A DNA stretch of 32,000 bases, from assembly GCF_000039765.1 (NCBI RefSeq), contig NC_004459.3, positions 2,271,127-2,303,126 on the forward strand, read 5' to 3'. This stretch comes from Vibrio vulnificus CMCP6. GTDB taxonomy: Bacteria > Pseudomonadota > Gammaproteobacteria > Enterobacterales > Vibrionaceae. Every line of letters begins with the position of its first letter. The first letter of the stretch is position 1. The notes under the pieces are model-generated. The model was not told the DNA's origin, ran no database searches, and saw nothing but the letters and a program-made list of their open reading frames with translations. Shown here one piece after another: positions 29,239 through 32,000 of this stretch. Both the position numbers and the translations under genes were made by a program.

Positions 29239-31974
29239 ATGTCTCGATTTCGTTTGTTGCACTTAACATTACGCAGCCGCACTGCGCTCTATTTTGGCTT
29301 AGGATTGACTGGTGTCATCTTGAGCACGCTTTTTATTACCCGAACGTTTTTCCTTTACAGTCTCGATGAGCTGGAAAATCTTGAAGTCAGCCGCGCCAAT
29401 AAACAAGCTCAGGCCGTCATCGAAATGATGATCAGCCTGCAAGAAGATCGCTCCTACGATTGGGCGTATTGGGATGAAACGTATCAACTGTTCACGGAAG
29501 GGGATATTGCTGGTTACCGTGATCGCAACTTATATCAAGAAAGTTTAGACACGCTTAGCCTCGATATGATGGCGTTTGTTTCCTTAAAAGGTGAGGTGGT
29601 TGAATCGCTCGTCCGCGACCAAGGTGACAGTGCTTATAACCCGCTGGTGAGCCAAATAGTGGCGAATGACAGCGTTAAGTCACACTTTACGAAAATGAAC
29701 AGCATGCTTGATCTTTATCGTGAAAGTGAAGCGGGTTTGCTGTTGATTGATGAGCAATTGTGGGTGATTAGTTTAACGCCAGTACGCGACAGTGAAGGAG
29801 TGTCTGCCTCCAGTGGGTGGTTGATTTGGGGGCAAAATCTGAGCGAACGTTTTCCTGGTAACTTCGATGCAATCCTAACTGCAGACAACAAATTGTTGGG
29901 CTTGAGTCAGTTACAACTGCCGAGCGAGAGCGTGCAGCTGTCTGAAAATACATGGGTCCATCGTGATAAAGAGACGGTGGTTGAGTGGTCTTCGGTCTAT
30001 GGCATGTCAGGTGAACAGGTGGCTTATTTGCAAACCACGGAGCTGCGTGTTCACTATTTGAAAGGGCATCGGCTCTTTTTGTACCTTATTGGCATTGTGG
30101 TGTTGGTTGCGGGCTTGATCGCCTTAGCGACATTTATGCTGTTTAAAAAACGTGTCTCCACTCGATTTGCCGATTTTGAACAAAGTGTCATGCAGTTGTT
30201 CTCGAAATATCAGTTGGATGATCTCTCTAATCGACGCACGGATGAACTTGAACGCATTACTCAATTAGTCGAAGTGCTGGCCGAGAATACCTCCTTAACG
30301 CAAGATAAGTTGCAGGACACACTGCAAAAATTTGACGCACTCTATCAACATCGCTCAATGGGCATGTTGTTAGTGGTGGACAAAGAAATCATCGACATCA
30401 ATCAGGCGGCCTTAGAATTACTCGGTTATCAGAAAGGTGATTTAGTACACCAAGAGCTCAACGTGTTGTGTAAAGTGGACGAGAATCAACCTGAGTGCAA
30501 GGTCGATCAAATGTACCAAGCGTTGTCAAATGGGGTCACACAGTTTGAAGCCACGATGCTCACTCGAGAAGGGCAAGAAATTGAATGTTTGATTGATGTG
30601 AATCTCATTCATCATGAAAACCAACAAGCACTCATGCTTTCTGTTAGTGACATGAGTGAACAGAAGAAACAAGCGCGAATGATCAAAGATTTGGTTGGTC
30701 GAGACCCAGTGTCAGGTTTGTATAATCGCCCGGCTATCCTTGCGCGTTTGGATGACCTTATCCAACATCAGCCTAACCAATTCTCCTTCCTTTATATTTC
30801 CATCGACAGATTGAAACAGGTGTCAGAAGTGTATGGTCATCTCATTTTTGATGACACGATTAACTATATTGCTGCGGTGTTTGGGGCGGAGTTAAGGCCG
30901 TTTGAAGTGGGCCGGATTAGTGAATTTGAATTTATCGCCATAATTGAAGACGTTGAACAGTGTGATGATGCGATCCAGTGTGCGACTCATTTTATGGATG
31001 TACTTTCGCGTAAAACACACATCTTAGGCATCGAGTTGGACTTGAGCTGTCAGATTGCCATCGCCGATCCTGAAATCACCCACCACTCGCTTGGCTATTT
31101 GTTGCAATCGGGCTCTTTTGCGGTGCAGAGATTCCAGCACAAAGCGGTGACAGAGGTGATACAAATTGGCGCGGATGTAGCGAAGCGGGCGCAAAGTGCT
31201 CTGGTGATCAGCCGAGATATTTCTCAGGCTATTCGAGACAAAGCGATCATTGCTCACTATCAACCGATAGTGGATACAGAAAGTGGCAAGGTCAATGGCT
31301 TTGAAGCCTTAGCACGCTGGATTCACCCAGAGCTGGGGTTTGTTCCGCCAGATGTGTTTATTGAGCTCGCAGAGCAGCACCAATTGATCGTAGAGCTTGG
31401 CGAGTCCATTCTTCGTCAGGCGTGCCAATTTATATCCACGCTTAATCGCACTCGAGCGGACAACGGATTGAACCCTTTAACGGTGCATGTCAATTTGAGT
31501 GCGATGCACTTTTACCACGCGCGCTTGCCAGACGCACTACGTCATGTCATGGACGAGTTTGACATTGCTCCGGGTCAGTTGGTGATTGAGATTACAGAAA
31601 GCACGTTACTTGGCATTGAGTCAGAGACGTTGGAGCGAACCAAAGAGATCAAGTCACTTGGAATTCAACTGGCATTGGATGATTTCGGCACGGGCTATTC
31701 CTCTTTTAGTACGCTTTGTTCCTTCCCACTCGACATCGTGAAACTGGATAAATCGTACATCGATCAGTTGGAGAACAACGATAGAGCGAGAACACTCATT
31801 CGCAGTATCGCGTCCATGGCAAAAGAGCTCGGTTTAACCACCGTAGCCGAAGGCGTGGAAACCGCCAGCCAATTACGTAAACTCAAAATTTGGCACGTAG
31901 ACGAAATCCAAGGCTACTATTTTTATAGGCCCATGCCGGAATCGGAGGCGCTGAAGGCGTTTGATCGACAGTAA
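29239..31974 (+). CDS. Membrane sensor: TM, CHASE4-like periplasmic domain, TM, PAS, degenerate GGDEF, EAL (probable c-di-GMP phosphodiesterase)
   Basis: 911 aa. CHASE4-like signature SYDWAYWDETYQLF. TM2 is LFLYLIGIVVLVAGLIALATFML. The GGDEF position reads SEFEF (VGRISEFEFIAII). EAL residues: FEALARW, VHVNLS, IEITEST, LDDFGTGYSS, KLDKSY, AEGVET, IQGYYF. Confidence 0.9.
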   Translation: MSRFRLLHLTLRSRTALYFGLGLTGVILSTLFITRTFFLYSLDELENLEVSRANKQAQAVIEMMISLQEDRSYDWAYWDETYQLFTEGDIAGYRDRNLYQESLDTLSLDMMAFVSLKGEVVESLVRDQGDSAYNPLVSQIVANDSVKSHFTKMNSMLDLYRESEAGLLLIDEQLWVISLTPVRDSEGVSASSGWLIWGQNLSERFPGNFDAILTADNKLLGLSQLQLPSESVQLSENTWVHRDKETVVEWSSVYGMSGEQVAYLQTTELRVHYLKGHRLFLYLIGIVVLVAGLIALATFMLFKKRVSTRFADFEQSVMQLFSKYQLDDLSNRRTDELERITQLVEVLAENTSLTQDKLQDTLQKFDALYQHRSMGMLLVVDKEIIDINQAALELLGYQKGDLVHQELNVLCKVDENQPECKVDQMYQALSNGVTQFEATMLTREGQEIECLIDVNLIHHENQQALMLSVSDMSEQKKQARMIKDLVGRDPVSGLYNRPAILARLDDLIQHQPNQFSFLYISIDRLKQVSEVYGHLIFDDTINYIAAVFGAELRPFEVGRISEFEFIAIIEDVEQCDDAIQCATHFMDVLSRKTHILGIELDLSCQIAIADPEITHHSLGYLLQSGSFAVQRFQHKAVTEVIQIGADVAKRAQSALVISRDISQAIRDKAIIAHYQPIVDTESGKVNGFEALARWIHPELGFVPPDVFIELAEQHQLIVELGESILRQACQFISTLNRTRADNGLNPLTVHVNLSAMHFYHARLPDALRHVMDEFDIAPGQLVIEITESTLLGIESETLERTKEIKSLGIQLALDDFGTGYSSFSTLCSFPLDIVKLDKSYIDQLENNDRARTLIRSIASMAKELGLTTVAEGVETASQLRKLKIWHVDEIQGYYFYRPMPESEALKAFDRQ

Positions 31975-32000
31975 GCGTTCTGCTTTGGGGTTTATGCAAT

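Noticed and set aside
1-32000. Mobile elements, integron attC/VCR-type repeats, CRISPR arrays, tRNA/rRNA genes, toxin-antitoxin or recognisable anti-phage defence genes
   Set aside because: I scanned both strands and all intergenic regions. I found:
- no transposase, integrase or recombinase ORFs
- no long inverted or direct repeats
- no regularly spaced repeat array
- no cloverleaf-like or rRNA-like segments

Overview
The window reads as a chromosomal segment of a Vibrio-like gammaproteobacterium. That assignment rests on the encoded protein sequences and gene content, and no database search was possible.

Housekeeping genes are interleaved with an unusually dense set of signalling genes. 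The housekeeping set is queD, sdaC-sdaA, nudL, pabB, a class I fumarase, ycjX-ycjF-tyrR (the same order as in E. coli K-12), a rimJ-like GNAT and an HD hydrolase.

The signalling set includes:
- a truncated membrane sensor with a CxxCH motif
- an H-NOX plus hybrid histidine kinase pair
- five c-di-GMP turnover proteins: one GGEEF cyclase with an I-site, three EAL proteins and one HD-GYP
- a tightly packed three-gene module made of a DASS/SLC13-type anion carrier, a soluble histidine kinase and an output-less receiver. The kinase has a degenerate CAP-like sensor domain and an enlarged DHp hairpin.

I found no rRNA, tRNA, CRISPR array, transposase, integrase, phage gene or recognisable defence system.

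The best candidates for something not yet described are:
1. the carrier-kinase-receiver module (19.6-22.9 kb)
2. a ToxR/CadC-like winged-helix domain fused through two TM helices to an EAL domain (2.0-3.7 kb)
3. a near-consensus TyrR box in the divergent promoter of an AEC transporter and the HD-GYP gene, inside a contiguous 9-kb c-di-GMP gene block (23.0-32.0 kb)

All product calls rest on motifs and remembered homologue sequences, so they need confirmation by homology search.
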